A stretch of 64,000 nucleotides of DNA from an uncultured Gemmatimonadales bacterium (GTDB taxonomy: Bacteria; Gemmatimonadota; Gemmatimonadetes; Longimicrobiales; RSA9). The position numbers and the translations under genes were made by a program. Positions 20,714-33,632 of this stretch are shown piece by piece (position 1 is the stretch's first letter; every line of letters begins with the position of its first letter). A model generated the notes under the pieces. It did not search any database and had not been told where the DNA came from. It worked only from the letters and a program-made list of their open reading frames with translations. Where the stretch lies: contig OY970192.1 of NCBI GenBank assembly GCA_963708135.1, forward strand, positions 96,001 to 160,000, written 5' to 3'.

Positions 20714-22888
20714 CTAGCTCCAGCTGAGGTCCGTGTTCCGCAGCGGCAGCTCACGGACCCGCTTGCCCGTGGCCTGGAAGATGGCGCCGCAGAGCGCGGG
20801 CGGGGCGGGCGGCAGCGCCGGCTCCCCCATGCCGGTGGGGGGGAAGTCGGTGAGGCTGAAGTGTACCTCGACGGCGGCGGGCGTCTGCGCGAGCCGGAGC
20901 AGGGGGAAGCCGCCGAAGTTGCCCTGGACGACGCGGCCGCTCTCGATGGTGATCTCCTGGCCGAGCGCCTCGGCAAGGCCGTCGAGGACGGCACCCTGCA
21001 CGTTGTTCTCGGCGTTCAGCGGGTTCACGATCTGGCTGCCGACGTCTCCGGCGACCCAGACCCTGTCCACCTTCACCTTCCCGGCGCGGCTGACGGTGGC
21101 CTGCACGACTTCGGCGAAGTGGCCGCGGTGGCTGAAGTGAAACGCCACGCCCATGCCGGTGCCGCGGGGCAGCCTCGAGCGATTCTTCCACCCGGACTTC
21201 TGGGCCACGAGCTCGAGCACGCCACGCATGCGGGCCGGGTCCAACGCGGCGCCCTCCATGGCGCCGGCGAGCAGGTCGAGGCGGAACTCCAGCGGGTCGC
21301 GGCCGGCGGCGTGGGCCAGCTCGTCAATGAAGCTCTGCATGGCGAACGCGAGCCCGTTGCTGCCTGGGGCGCGCAGCGCGCCGGTCGGCACGCCGAGCGG
21401 GATCAGCGAGGCGCCGAGCTCGAAGTTCGGGACGAAGCGTGCGGGGAACTCGGTGTCGCCGATGCCGGCGCTCGATGCGAACTTGCCGTTCTCGCCGAAG
21501 GAGACGAAGTGATTGCGCCACGCCACGAGCTTCCCGCGCGCGTCCACCCCGCCCGAGAGGTAGTGGTAGCCGGCGGGCCGGTAGAAGTCGTGGCGCATGT
21601 CGTCCTCGCGCGTCCACAGCAGCTTGATCGGGACGCCGGGGACCCGGCGGGCGATCCAGGCGGCCTCGACCGCGTAGTCCGCCTGCAAGCGCCGGCCGAA
21701 GCCGCCGCCCATGCGCATCATGTGCACCGTGATGGCGGTCTGCGGGATGCCCAGCGTCTCGGCGACCATCGCACGTGCGCGCTCCGGCGTCTGCGAGGGC
21801 GCCCAGATCTCGCATCGGCCGTTCTCGAAGCGAGCCGTGCAGTTCTGCGGCTCGAGCGGAGCGTGCGCGATGAACGGGTAGCGGTAGGTGGCCGTGACGG
21901 TCTTCGCGGCGGACCTCATGGCCGCGGCGACGTCGCCGTCGGAGCGGAGCGAGCGCTGGGGCGCAGCCTTCGACAGCTCGTCGGCGCGGGAGCGGAACGC
22001 CGCGGTGCCCTGCTGCGCGGTCGCGCCCTCGTCCCAGGCGACGTCGAGCTTCGTGCGCGCCGTGCTGACGGCCCACCAGCTGTCGGCCACGATGGCGACG
22101 CCGCCGAGCAGTCCCGCCAGCCCCTCGCGGCCCTCGACGACGGAGGCGTGCTTCACACCGGGCAGCGCGCGCACCTCGTCGAGGTTCGCGCTCCGCACCT
22201 TGCCGCCGAAGACCGGGCACTTCTCGAACTGGGCGTAGAGCATTCCCGGAAGCTCGAGGTCGATGCCGAAGAGCGGCTTGCCGGTGACGATGGCATGGTT
22301 GTCGACGCCGCGGATGGGCGTGCCAATGATGCGGAATTCCTTCGGGTCCTTGAGCCGCACCGTCTCGAGGTCGGGGACCGGCAGCTTCGCCGCGTCGGCG
22401 AGCAGGCTGCCGTAGGCGAGGGTACGGCCCGTGGCGGGGTGGCGGACCACGCCCGGCCGCGTGTCGAGCTCCGTGGCCGGCACGCCCCAGCGCCGGGCCG
22501 CGGCGGCCAGGAGCATGGCGCGCCCCGCAGCGCCGACCCGGCGCATCGGCGTCCAGTTGGTGGGCGTCGCGGTCGAGCCGCCGGCGAACTGCCGCTCGTA
22601 CTTCTCCGTGTCGAGGTCGGCCTGCTCGACGCGCACCTTCTCCCAGGGCACGTCGAGCTCATCGGCGATGATCATCGGGAGCATGGTCTTCACGCCCTGC
22701 CCGAGCTCCGGGTTCTTGGCGATGATGGTCGCCGTGCCATCGGGCGCGAGGCGGATGAAGGCGTTCGGGACGAAGTCCGCCGAACCTTCGGCGGCGAGGT
22801 CGTCGCCGGCCAGGAAATCGAACCGGCCGGCGAGGAGCAGCCCGCCGCCCACGGTGGCGGAGACGCGCAGGAACTGTCGGCGTTCCAT
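20714..22888 (-). CDS. iorB: Xanthine dehydrogenase family molybdopterin subunit (isoquinoline 1-oxidoreductase beta-like), Tat-exported
   Basis: MERRQFL Tat signal. [17 protein letters not shown] and TGMGEP motifs. Confidence 0.88.
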   Translation of the reverse strand: MERRQFLRVSATVGGGLLLAGRFDFLAGDDLAAEGSADFVPNAFIRLAPDGTATIIAKNPELGQGVKTMLPMIIADELDVPWEKVRVEQADLDTEKYERQFAGGSTATPTNWTPMRRVGAAGRAMLLAAAARRWGVPATELDTRPGVVRHPATGRTLAYGSLLADAAKLPVPDLETVRLKDPKEFRIIGTPIRGVDNHAIVTGKPLFGIDLELPGMLYAQFEKCPVFGGKVRSANLDEVRALPGVKHASVVEGREGLAGLLGGVAIVADSWWAVSTARTKLDVAWDEGATAQQGTAAFRSRADELSKAAPQRSLRSDGDVAAAMRSAAKTVTATYRYPFIAHAPLEPQNCTARFENGRCEIWAPSQTPERARAMVAETLGIPQTAITVHMMRMGGGFGRRLQADYAVEAAWIARRVPGVPIKLLWTREDDMRHDFYRPAGYHYLSGGVDARGKLVAWRNHFVSFGENGKFASSAGIGDTEFPARFVPNFELGASLIPLGVPTGALRAPGSNGLAFAMQSFIDELAHAAGRDPLEFRLDLLAGAMEGAALDPARMRGVLELVAQKSGWKNRSRLPRGTGMGVAFHFSHRGHFAEVVQATVSRAGKVKVDRVWVAGDVGSQIVNPLNAENNVQGAVLDGLAEALGQEITIESGRVVQGNFGGFPLLRLAQTPAAVEVHFSLTDFPPTGMGEPALPPAPPALCGAIFQATGKRVRELPLRNTDLSWS

Positions 22889-22898
22889 ATCGGCCTCC

Positions 22899-23390
22899 TC
22901 AGCGGTTGGAGCGGCCGGGAGCGGCCGCTTCGACGGAGGTGGCGCCCGCGGCGCGATGGATCGCGCGACGGATGCGCAGGTAGGTCGCGCAGCGGCAGAG
23001 ATTGCCGTTCATGGCGGCGTCGATCTGCGCGTCGGTCGGGCTGGGGTGGCGCTCCAGCAGCGCGGCGGCGGACATGATCTGGCCGGCCTGGCAGTAGCCG
23101 CACTGCGGCACGTCGAGCTCCTCCCAGGCGCGCTGGAGCGGGTGCGACCCGTCGGGCGAGAGCCCCTCGATGGTCACGATCTCCGCGCCTTCGACGGCCG
23201 AGGCGGGGATCTGGCACGAGCGGACGGGCGCGCCGTTCACGTGCACCGTGCAGGCGCCGCACTGCGCCACGCCGCAGCCGTACTTCGTGCCCTTCAGGTC
23301 GAGCGCACCCCTCAGCACCCACAGAAGCGGCATGTCGGGCGCGACGTCGAGCGTCGCGGCCCTGCCGTTCACGGTGAAGGAAACCGTCAT
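22899..23390 (-). CDS. iorA: 2x[2Fe-2S] small subunit (IorA/CoxS-like)
   Basis: [25 protein letters not shown] and NLCRC motifs. Confidence 0.92.
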   Translation of the reverse strand: MTVSFTVNGRAATLDVAPDMPLLWVLRGALDLKGTKYGCGVAQCGACTVHVNGAPVRSCQIPASAVEGAEIVTIEGLSPDGSHPLQRAWEELDVPQCGYCQAGQIMSAAALLERHPSPTDAQIDAAMNGNLCRCATYLRIRRAIHRAAGATSVEAAAPGRSNR

Positions 23391-23621
23391 CGTGCACCTC
23401 CGGGATGAGACCGGCATCGGTGAACTGGCGGTGCTGCCGCCAGGCCATGTCAGTTATATGGGGCGGGTGCCGCCGTGCGGCAAGCGCAGGAGGATGCAGG
23501 ATGCAGTATCCGCGAGTTCGGGATGCGGGGCGCGAGCCGCTCCTGGCGCGGCGGGGCGCCGTGCAGGACGCCCGGCCGTCCCGAAGGATCATGGCGGGCC
23601 AACCGGGGTGTAGCATCTTTC

Positions 23622-25145
23622 ATGGACGCTCATCTGCCACCGCTGCTCGGGCGCTGCCTGGTCAGGCCGGCCGGCGGGCTGCTGCTCTCGGTCCTGGCGG
23701 CGTGCGCCGGGAGGTCCGCTCCGGGTGCACCCGGGCCCGCCGCGGATCGCTGTGACCTGGCCGTTCCGGGGCAGGGCCCCCGGGCGGCGGCCATCTCTCC
23801 GGTCGCCGCGGCGGGCAGGGCGGGCGGCACCGCTGAAGGGCCGCATCGGCGCGACGTGGGCCAGCCGGGCCTGGTGGTGGCGCTGTCCGGCGCGGTCGAG
23901 CCCGGCGACGCGCCGGTGGCGCGGAACGAGGCCGAGCGGCTGGTCTTCGGGCAGCTGTACGAGACCCTGGTGCGGGTCGACTGCCGCGGCGAGGCGCGGC
24001 CGCTTCTCGCCGCCTCGTGGGACACGGCCGGAGCCGGGCGGCGCTGGACCTTTCATCTTCGGCCCGCTGCGCGGGACTGGGACGGTGCCCTCGTCGGGGC
24101 GGCGGAGGTCGTGCGGAGCTGGCTGCTCGGGCCGGGTGCGGCGGATGTGGGAGCTCTCACCGTGGTGGACGACAGCACGCTCCTGGTGGAGCTTCCCCAT
24201 CAGGTGGGAGCGGCCTTCTTCGCTCGGCCGGAGCTGGCCGTCGCACTTCCGGGCAGCCCGGGCGCCTGGCCGGCCGGGACCGGCCCCTACCGTCCAGACT
24301 CCACGCTCGCGGTGCCGGGCAGGCTGGTCCTGGTGCCCGCGGCCGGCGGCGGGCCTGTCGAGATCCGCACGATGACCGGCGATCCGCGGAACGCCCTGGA
24401 CAGTGGAGTGGACCTCCTGGTCACCAGGGACCCGGCGGCGCTGGACTACGCCGCCGCGTCGGGGAGCTACGGCCAGGTGCCGCTGTCCTGGGACCGCGTC
24501 TACCTGCTCGCGGTGCCGGCAGGGCCGGGCGAGCGCGGCGTTGGCGCGCCCCCGCCCGCGGAGCTACGGGCGCTGGCGCGCGATGCCGTTCGCGTCGAGG
24601 CGCGGGCCGCCGAGGCGACGTCGGCCGGGCTGGCCACATGCGCGGCCGGCGCGACCCCGAACGCGATCGGGGATCCGGCCGCCCCGCCTGGGGATCGGCT
24701 CGTCGGCGGGGACGCGCTCGCCGAGGCTTCCCGTTCCCCGCGCGTCATCTACCCGGAGCGGGATGCCGCCGCCGCCGGGCTGGCCCAGCGCGTAGTGGCG
24801 CTGGCGCGCGCCGGAGGCAGCTCAGCGTGGCTCGTTCCCCTGCCCACCGCAGGCGGCGCCGGCATCAGCGCCCACGGGCTTTCCGATCCGGTCTTCGCGC
24901 AGGCCCTCCGCACGGGCGATGCGGCGGTCTTCATCTTCCCCGTGGCCAGGACGGTGGACGGCGGGGCGTGCGAGCTGCTCGCGCGGGCGCGTCGCCGGGC
25001 GTCGTGGCTGCGGCCGTCGGAGCTGGTGCCCCTGGTGGAAACGCGGCCTACCGCCGTCGTGCGCGCGGGCGTATCCGGCATCCGGGTGGATGGCACCGGC
25101 ACGCTCCTGCTCGGCGCAGCCCGGGCGGCGGGGAGGCGGCGGTGA
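23622..25145 (+). CDS. Family 5 (DppA/OppA-like) extracellular solute-binding-like lipoprotein, degenerate
   Basis: Lipobox LAAC. LYETLV..PLLAASW..WTFHLR and GTGPY motifs of SBP family 5. C-terminal half divergent. Confidence 0.65.
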   Translation: MDAHLPPLLGRCLVRPAGGLLLSVLAACAGRSAPGAPGPAADRCDLAVPGQGPRAAAISPVAAAGRAGGTAEGPHRRDVGQPGLVVALSGAVEPGDAPVARNEAERLVFGQLYETLVRVDCRGEARPLLAASWDTAGAGRRWTFHLRPAARDWDGALVGAAEVVRSWLLGPGAADVGALTVVDDSTLLVELPHQVGAAFFARPELAVALPGSPGAWPAGTGPYRPDSTLAVPGRLVLVPAAGGGPVEIRTMTGDPRNALDSGVDLLVTRDPAALDYAAASGSYGQVPLSWDRVYLLAVPAGPGERGVGAPPPAELRALARDAVRVEARAAEATSAGLATCAAGATPNAIGDPAAPPGDRLVGGDALAEASRSPRVIYPERDAAAAGLAQRVVALARAGGSSAWLVPLPTAGGAGISAHGLSDPVFAQALRTGDAAVFIFPVARTVDGGACELLARARRRASWLRPSELVPLVETRPTAVVRAGVSGIRVDGTGTLLLGAARAAGRRR

Positions 25146-26904
25146 GCTTCCGCACGCGAATCCTGGTCGCGGGACTCCTCCTGGCGGTGGGCCCGCTGGC
25201 GTTCTTCGGCCTGCGCGCGCGGCGCGAGGTGGCAACGCGGCTCCGGGCGCTGGACGAGCGGCGGGTGTCCGGGCTGGCGGCGGTCATCCAGGAGGAGCTC
25301 GGGCGACAGTCGGACGCCATCGGGACGCGGCTGGACCGGCTGGCCGAGGCCATGGCGGACGACAACCGCCTGCGCCTGGCCGTGCGGGGCGACGCCCCGG
25401 ATCGCGGCTATCTGCTGGACTACGCCGCCCACGCCATGCGCCTCTCCGGGCTCGATCTGCTGCGCGTCGAGGCCGAGGACGGGCGGATCCTCAGCTCCGG
25501 CCAGTTCCGCAACGAGTACGACACCGTGGACCCCGAGCTTCCGGAGGCCCTGCGCAAGGCCAGCCAGGCGGCCGCACTCGTCTCCATGCCGACCGCGTCC
25601 GGCTCCATGCTCGCGCTGGCCCGTACCCGGGTGGTGCACCTGGGCGTCCGCCGCCTCACCCTGGTCGGCGGCACGCGCGTGGACCGCGCCTTCCTCGATC
25701 GCCTGGGCCGGGGGACCGGCCTGGACGTGCGTCTGCTGGACGCGCCCGGCGTGGCCGCCCGCCCCGGGGACACGGCTGCCGCTCGGGCCGGCATGGGCGC
25801 TTCTCGCGCCGGCGGCCCTGGCGGCTACGTGCTCGCGGTGCCCGTCCCGGCCGTGGGCGACGCGGATGGCGCGGACGGCGTCGCCCGCATCGAGGTGCGC
25901 GCGTCCACGGCGCCGCTCGCGGCGGTGCTGCGCGGCCTCGACCGCTGGCTGATGGCGACGCTGGCCGCCGCGGCGGCGCTGGCGCTTTTGCTGGCGCTCC
26001 TCGCCTCCGCCCGGCTGAGCGGGCCGGTGGCCGCGCTCGCGGACAAGGCCGAGCGGCTGGACCTGGATCGGCTCGACGTGCCGTTCGCGACGGACCGAGA
26101 CGACGAGATCGGCACGCTCTCGCGCGTGCTGGACCGCATGGCCGCGCGGCTGCGCGCGGGCGCGGGCCGGCTGCGTGAGGCGGAGCGCCGCGCCACGATC
26201 GGCGAGGTGGCGCGGCAGGTCAACCACGACGTGCGCAACGGCCTCATTCCGATCCGGAACGTGGTGGGCCACCTGGCGCAGTTGGCGCGTGAGCGGCCGG
26301 ACGAGCTGGCGGCGGTGTTCCGCGAGCGGCAGGAGACCCTCGAATCCAGCATCGGCTACCTGCAGGCGCTGGCCGCCAACTACGCCCGGCTGTCGCCTCG
26401 CGCGGAGCGGCGCCCGTGCGACCTCAACGGGATCGTCCGCGAGGTGGCGCGGGAGACGCGGCCGGAGCGGGAGTCGGCAGGGCCACGCGCCGTCGCCCTC
26501 GACCTTCAGCCCGGACTTGCGCCGGTGCAGGCCGACCCGGTGGCCCTGCGGCGCATCGTCGAGAACCTGGTGGTGAACGCGCTGGAGAGCCTGGAGGACG
26601 GCAACGCCCGGGTGAGGGTGTCCACGCGCGCGGTCGGCGATACCCTGGTGCTGGACGTGGCGGACACCGGGCGGGGGATCGAGGCGGTGGAGCGGGCGCG
26701 CATCTTCGACGACTTCTACACGACCAAGCCGCAGGGCACGGGCCTCGGGCTCTCGATCGTGCGGCGGCTGGTCAACGATCTGGGTGGCCGCATCGGCCTC
26801 GAGAGCACGCCGGGCGTCGGCACGCGCTTCACGGTCGAGTTGCCGCGCGCGCCGGGAGCGGAGCGGGTGGCCGGGCCGGCGGGCCGCAGCGGGGAGGTGA
26901 AGAC

Positions 26905-26908
<4 letters not shown>
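25142..26908 (+). CDS. Membrane sensor histidine kinase (HAMP-HisKA-HATPase, NtrY-like)
   Basis: Two TM segments, DEIG HAMP motif, H-box VNHDVRN, N-box NLVVNA, DTGRGI, FYTTK and GTGLGL. Confidence 0.92.
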
Positions 26909-28287
<1,379 letters not shown>

Positions 28288-28349
28288 GTGAGGCTGGTGC
28301 CTGCCGGCAGGTCGGCCGTGAGAGCCTCCTTCGCGTCAACCAGGACCGT

Positions 28350-28500
28350 GTGTCCCTTCGGACACGGTCGCCCTGTTCCGGCGTGTCCGTCCGGATACGA
28401 TCCTTGCTCGAATGGCGCTGTCGTCATCGCTGTAAGTCCTTGCTGCACAGTGCATTAGGGACAATCGCCACAGCGCTCGCCCCCTCGGCCGCGCGCTTGC
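28350..28500 (+). promoter_or_regulatory. Putative sigma54 promoter with two upstream palindromic activator sites
   Basis: GTGTCC-N4-GGACAC (28350-28365), GTGTCC-N4-GGATAC (28383-28398), IHF-like CAA-N4-TTA on the minus strand (28433-28442), and GG-N8-TTGC (28487-28500). Confidence 0.6.
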
Positions 28501-28565
28501 CCTTCCTCCCCGTCGAAGCGAACGACCCGCGCCGGGCAAGCGGCGCACGACAAGAGGAGGACATC

Positions 28566-29597
28566 ATGATGCGGATCCGAGGCGGAACGGGGGCACTCGC
28601 GGCGGGGCTGACGGTCGCGGTGCTGGTGGGGTGCGGCGACGGGGCGGTGAAGTCGCGCGAGACGAGGACGGCGAAGGCCGCGCCCGAGAAGGTCGGTGCG
28701 GTGGCCATGGCCTCGGCGGCGGACCCGGCGCCGGCCGGTGGGGTGAGGGGAGCGCGGGCGGCCAGCGCCGCGACGTCGCCGTCGAACGTGACGTACGGCG
28801 ACGCCGAGCGGGTGTACCGGGCCGGGCGGTACGGTGAGGCGGCGGACCTGTTCGAGGGGTACGCGGCGCGGCGGCCGGGCAACCCGTGGGGGACCTACAT
28901 GCTCGGGATTTCGGCGTGGAAGGCCGGGGATCACGCGCGGGCGGAGGCCGCGCTGCGGCGTACGCTGCAGGTGGCCCCGGATCACGAGAAGGCGCTCCTG
29001 AACCTTGCCCGGGTGCTGCTGGAGGAGGGCAGGGCGTCGGACGCGCTGGATCCGGCCGAGCAGGTCGTGGGGCTGGACTCGACATCGGGCGAGGCGTGGC
29101 GGGTGCTCGGCAACGCGCGGTCGGATCTGGGAATGGTCGAGGAGGCGGTCTCGGCTTATCGGCGGGCACTGGTCCTCGACCACCGGGACGCCTGGACGAT
29201 GAACAACCTGGGGCTGCTCATGATCCGCGAGGGCCGCTACGAGGAGGCGCTACCTCCGCTGGCGCGTGCGACGGAGCTGCGCCCCGAGCAGGCGGTGTTT
29301 CAGAACAATCTGGGCGTGGCGCTGGAGCGCAGCGGGCACACGGACCAGGCCGCCGTCGCCTTCCAGGCGGCGCTGGACGCGAAGCCGGGCTACGAGAACG
29401 CCCGCGTGAGCCTGGAGCGGGCGCAGGCCCGGCAAGGAGCCGTCCCCGCTCCGCTGGACCTCACGACGCTTGCCGGGTCGTTTGCCGATGAGGTGAGCGG
29501 GTGGCGAGAGGAGCAGGAGGCCAGGGCGGCGCGGCCCGACACGGCGGCGCCGGACGAGACCAGCAAGGCGCCCGCGCCGGTGTCGCCCCACCATTGA
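28566..29597 (+). CDS. Tetratricopeptide repeat lipoprotein
   Basis: GAGGAGG RBS, lipobox LVGC, multiple TPR units (AWRVLGNA, TMNNLGLL, FQNNLGVA). Confidence 0.88.
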   Translation: MMRIRGGTGALAAGLTVAVLVGCGDGAVKSRETRTAKAAPEKVGAVAMASAADPAPAGGVRGARAASAATSPSNVTYGDAERVYRAGRYGEAADLFEGYAARRPGNPWGTYMLGISAWKAGDHARAEAALRRTLQVAPDHEKALLNLARVLLEEGRASDALDPAEQVVGLDSTSGEAWRVLGNARSDLGMVEEAVSAYRRALVLDHRDAWTMNNLGLLMIREGRYEEALPPLARATELRPEQAVFQNNLGVALERSGHTDQAAVAFQAALDAKPGYENARVSLERAQARQGAVPAPLDLTTLAGSFADEVSGWREEQEARAARPDTAAPDETSKAPAPVSPHH

Positions 29598-29611
29598 AAG
29601 AAGCGCTCGGG

Positions 29612-29637
29612 CGGGCGGGCACTTCCGTGCCCGCCCG
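29612..29637. terminator. Hairpin between convergent TPR and SDR genes
   Basis: CGGGCGGGCAC-TTCC-GTGCCCGCCCG, an 11-bp perfect stem. Confidence 0.55.
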
Positions 29638-29719
29638 GCCCCCTCCCGGAACTTCAGACCGAGCTTTCCTGCCGTGACGGACATGGTGCCGGTGGCGCCG
29701 CGCATGGTGACCCCGGCGT

Positions 29720-30514
29720 TCAGCCGCCGTGCATGAAGGAGGGGAAGTCGGTCATGCCGCCATCCACGAACACGGTGGTGCCGGTCACGTAGGCGGCGGC
29801 ATCGGAGAGCAGGACGACGGCCATGCGGGCCACGTCCTCGACCTCGCCGATGCGGCCGAGGGGGATCTTGGTGAGGAGGTCGGCCATCCCCTCACGGTCG
29901 CTCCAGACGGCCTGGTTGATCGGGGTGCGGATGGCGCCGGGGGCGAGGGCGAGGACGCGCACGCCGTGGGGCGCGCCCTCCTGCGCGAGGGTGCGGGTGA
30001 GCATCGAGAGGCCGGCCTTGGCGGCCGTATAGGCGCTGTAGCCGGACCAGGCGATGCGCTCGTGCACGGAGGTGATGCTCAGAATGACGCCGGCGCGGGC
30101 GGGGACCATGCGGCGGAGCGCCTCCCGGGCGCAGTAGAAGGCGCCGAAGAGGTCCACGCGGAGCACCTTCTCCCAGGCGGCGGGATCGGCCTCCCACGCG
30201 AGCTGGTGCGGCCCGTCGATGCCGGCGTTGTTGACGAGCAGGTCGATCCCGCCCCAGGCGCGGTCCAGCGTCTCGAACATCGAGGCGACGGCGGCGACGT
30301 CCGATACATCCGCCTCGATCGCCATCGCCTCCGCGCCGGCGGCCTCCAGCTCGGCGACGGCCGCCCGCGCGACGTCGGCGCCGCCGAGATGGTTCACCGC
30401 GACGCGGGCTCCCGCGGCCGCGGCCGCGGCCGCGATGCCGCCGCCGATCCCGGAACTGCCGCCGGTGACGAGGAGCCGCTTGCCGGCTAGTGTCGCTTCG
30501 GTCTTGCGCTGCAT
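29720..30514 (-). CDS. Short-chain dehydrogenase, glucose 1-dehydrogenase-like
   Basis: TGGSSGIG, NNAG, SVHE, YTAAK and PGAIRTPIN motifs. Confidence 0.88.
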   Translation of the reverse strand: MQRKTEATLAGKRLLVTGGSSGIGGGIAAAAAAAGARVAVNHLGGADVARAAVAELEAAGAEAMAIEADVSDVAAVASMFETLDRAWGGIDLLVNNAGIDGPHQLAWEADPAAWEKVLRVDLFGAFYCAREALRRMVPARAGVILSITSVHERIAWSGYSAYTAAKAGLSMLTRTLAQEGAPHGVRVLALAPGAIRTPINQAVWSDREGMADLLTKIPLGRIGEVEDVARMAVVLLSDAAAYVTGTTVFVDGGMTDFPSFMHGG

Positions 30515-30634
30515 TTCGGACCCCCTAATGATGAACCGTCCCCAAACATGGGGAGCGCGGGCGCGTCGCGCAGCCCGCACCCTGTCCCCCAGTACGGCGC
30601 CGTCCGGGAGCGGACGGCGCGGAAGGAGGCTCAC

Positions 30635-31489
30635 GTGTCGCTGTCGAAGTCACTGCTGGCCGCGATTCCCGCGGCGGCGCTCATCGCTCTCCCGGCGCTG
30701 TCGGCGCCGGCCCCTGCCGGTCCGGTGGTCACGGTGGTGGCGACGGACTACCATCTGGCGCTGCCGGCGAGTCTGCCGGCGGGCGCGACGACGTTCCAGC
30801 TGGTGAACCACGGGCACGAGCTGCATCAGATGATGGTTGTCCGGCTCGAGCAGGGGAAGACGGAGGCGGACTTCATGGCCGCGCTCCGGAAGGCGGGGCC
30901 GAGCGGGCAGCTGCCGGCGTGGGCCGTCGGGGTCGGTGGTCCCAACGGCACGAGTCCGGGCGAGACATCGATCGCCACGACGGTGACGCTCCAGCCGGGC
31001 CACTACGTGGCGATGTGTGTGATCCCGAGCCCGGGCGGCACGCCGCACTTCATGAAGGGCATGATCACGCCGTTCACCGTGACGGCGGCACGGACGGCCA
31101 AGGCCGCACCGATGCCCGCGCCGGATGAGACGATCAAGCTGGTGGACTACACGTTCCAGTTCTCGAAGCCGCTGGCGGCGGGGCGACACGTGATCCGCGT
31201 GGTGAACGCGGGGACGCAGTGGCACGAGCTGGAGCTGGTCCGGCTGAATCCCGGCAAGACGGTGAAGGATCTGGAGGCGTGGGAGGGTGCGGTGGAGGCC
31301 GGCAAGCCGGCCGGCCCGCCGCCGGCGGACGCGCTGGGCGGCGTCGCCCCGCTGGATCCGGGGCACTCGGCCACCATGACCGTGGACCTCGCCCCCGGCC
31401 GCTACGGCATGCTCTGCTTCCTGCCCGCGAAGGCGGACGGCAAGCCGCACTTCATGCACGGAATGGCGATGGACGTTGATGTGAAGTAG
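30635..31489 (+). CDS. Secreted protein with two cupredoxin-like repeats
   Basis: AAGGAGG RBS and signal peptide. Two repeats ending C-x-x-P-x(5-6)-P-H-F-M-x-G-M, each with an upstream His. Confidence 0.7.
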   Translation: MSLSKSLLAAIPAAALIALPALSAPAPAGPVVTVVATDYHLALPASLPAGATTFQLVNHGHELHQMMVVRLEQGKTEADFMAALRKAGPSGQLPAWAVGVGGPNGTSPGETSIATTVTLQPGHYVAMCVIPSPGGTPHFMKGMITPFTVTAARTAKAAPMPAPDETIKLVDYTFQFSKPLAAGRHVIRVVNAGTQWHELELVRLNPGKTVKDLEAWEGAVEAGKPAGPPPADALGGVAPLDPGHSATMTVDLAPGRYGMLCFLPAKADGKPHFMHGMAMDVDVK

Positions 31490-31566
31490 GGGCTCCGGCC
31501 TTGCGCGGGGCTCCGCGGGTCTCAACTTGGGGAGACCCCAGGAGCCCCTCTCGCGCTGGAGGACGC

Positions 31567-33573
31567 ATGGCCACGACGGTGCCCGGCAAGACGGAACCGT
31601 TCGTCCCCGCCGCGCAGTCGCTGCCGGAGATCACGGTCAAAGCGCTGGTCCTGGGCGTGATCCTGGCCGTGGTGCTGGCGGGGGCGAACGCGTATCTGGG
31701 GCTGTTCGCGGGGATGACGGTCTCGGCGTCGATCCCCGCGGCGGTCATCTCGATGGGCGTGCTGCGGCTCTTCAAGCGCTCGAACATCCTCGAAAACAAC
31801 ATCGTGCAGACGTGCGCCAGCGCGGGCGAGTCGCTGGCGGCGGGCGTGATCTTCACGCTGCCGGCGCTGGTCCTGCTCGGCCGCTGGGGGCACTTCGCCT
31901 TCTTCCAGACGATGCTGATCGCCGGGTTCGGCGGCGTGCTCGGCGTGTTGTTCACGGTGCCGCTGCGGCGGGCGCTCATCGTGGAGCAGAACCTCCAGTT
32001 CCCGGAGGGGATCGCCTGCGCGGAGGTGCTGGAGACGGGCGAGCGGGGCGGGGCGGGGGTGAAGTACATCGTGGGCGCGGGGCTGGTAGCGGCCGCGTTC
32101 AAGTTCGCGCAGACGGGGCTCCGGCTGTGGTCGGAGACGTGGGAGGCGGCCACGACGGTGGGCGGCCGGAAGAGCATCGCCTACGTCGGCACGAACCTGT
32201 CCCCGGCGCTGCTGGCCGTGGGCTACATCGTGGGGCTCAACATCGCCGTGCTGGTGTTCCTCGGCGGCGCGCTCAACTGGTGGGTGGCGATCCCGATCCT
32301 CACGTCGATGCACGGCGGCGTGCCGGCCGGGCAGACGGCGGCCGCCTACGCGGGAGAGCTGTGGTCCACCCAGACGCGCTACCTGGGCGTGGGCGCCATG
32401 GTGGTGGGCGGGCTGTGGGCGCTGGTGCGCATGGGCGGCAGCGTGTTCGCGGGGATCCGCAGCGGCCTCGACGCGTATCGCGCGGTGCGGGAGGGCGGGG
32501 CGGAGGCGCAAGCGAGGACGGAGCGCGACATGCCGATGCAATGGGTGATCGGCGCGATCGTGCTCTCGATCGTGCCTCTCTTCTTCCTCTACCACTTCCT
32601 CGTCGGCCACTGGGGCATGAGCGTGGCCATGGCCGTGATCATGGTCGTGGCCGGCTTCCTCTTCTCCGCCGTGTCGGGCTACATGACCGGGCTCGTCGGC
32701 TCCTCGAACAACCCGATCTCGGGCGTCACCATTGCCACGATCCTCTTCGCGTCCCTGCTGCTGCTCGTGCTCTTCGGCCGGGAAGGCGACGTCGGCCCCG
32801 GCGCCGCCATCATGATCGGCGGCGTCGTCGCGTGCGCGGCGGCCATCGCGGGCGACAACCTGCACGACCTCAAGACCGGCTATCTGGTCGGCTCCACGCC
32901 GTGGAAACAGCAGGTCATGCTCATCGTGGGCACGGTGGTCTCCGCGCTGGTCATCGCGCCCGTGCTCAACCTGCTGCTCGCCGCCTACGGCATCGGCCCG
33001 CAGACGCCGGCGCACCCGCAGTCGCTGACGGCGCCGCAGGCTACCCTCATGGCCGCCGTGGCGCGCGGCGTCTTCCACGGCGGCCTGCCGTGGGGGATCA
33101 TCTTCATCGGCATGGGCGTGGCCGCCGCGATCATCGTCTTCGACCTCTGGCTCGAGGCCCGGAAGGCGAGCTTCCGCGCGCCCGTCCTGGCCGTGGCCGT
33201 CGGGATCTACCTGCCCTTCGAGCTCTCCACGCCGATCCTCATCGGCGGTCTCGTGGCGTGGGCGGTCAAGCGCTCGCTCGCGCGCCGCGCCGCGACGGCG
33301 GGCGGCGCGCTCGGCGCGGCGCAAGGCGAGAGCGGCGCGGCCGCGGAGCCCGGCGTCACCACCGCCGGCGAGGTCGAGCAGCGCGGGCTGCTGCTCGCGT
33401 CCGGCTTCATCACGGGCGAGGCACTGGTCGGGATCGGGATGGCGATCCCGATCGTCATCGCGCAGCGCGCGGACGTGTTCGCCTTCTGGGGCGTGCACGA
33501 GGCGGCGTGGCCGGGGCTCGTCATCCTGGCTGTCATCGTGTACGGGCTGTACCGGGTGGGACGGGGCCGCTGA
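31567..33573 (+). CDS. OPT family oligopeptide transporter
   Basis: ANAYLGL, SASIPAAVI, ENNIVQT, FPEG, GSSNNPISG, DLKTGYLVG and APQA motifs. Confidence 0.93.
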   Translation: MATTVPGKTEPFVPAAQSLPEITVKALVLGVILAVVLAGANAYLGLFAGMTVSASIPAAVISMGVLRLFKRSNILENNIVQTCASAGESLAAGVIFTLPALVLLGRWGHFAFFQTMLIAGFGGVLGVLFTVPLRRALIVEQNLQFPEGIACAEVLETGERGGAGVKYIVGAGLVAAAFKFAQTGLRLWSETWEAATTVGGRKSIAYVGTNLSPALLAVGYIVGLNIAVLVFLGGALNWWVAIPILTSMHGGVPAGQTAAAYAGELWSTQTRYLGVGAMVVGGLWALVRMGGSVFAGIRSGLDAYRAVREGGAEAQARTERDMPMQWVIGAIVLSIVPLFFLYHFLVGHWGMSVAMAVIMVVAGFLFSAVSGYMTGLVGSSNNPISGVTIATILFASLLLLVLFGREGDVGPGAAIMIGGVVACAAAIAGDNLHDLKTGYLVGSTPWKQQVMLIVGTVVSALVIAPVLNLLLAAYGIGPQTPAHPQSLTAPQATLMAAVARGVFHGGLPWGIIFIGMGVAAAIIVFDLWLEARKASFRAPVLAVAVGIYLPFELSTPILIGGLVAWAVKRSLARRAATAGGALGAAQGESGAAAEPGVTTAGEVEQRGLLLASGFITGEALVGIGMAIPIVIAQRADVFAFWGVHEAAWPGLVILAVIVYGLYRVGRGR

Positions 33574-33632
33574 GGACGTCCTCGCATGCGCATGCGGGCA
33601 CGCATGCGTTCACCAACGAGACGGAGCGGGCG

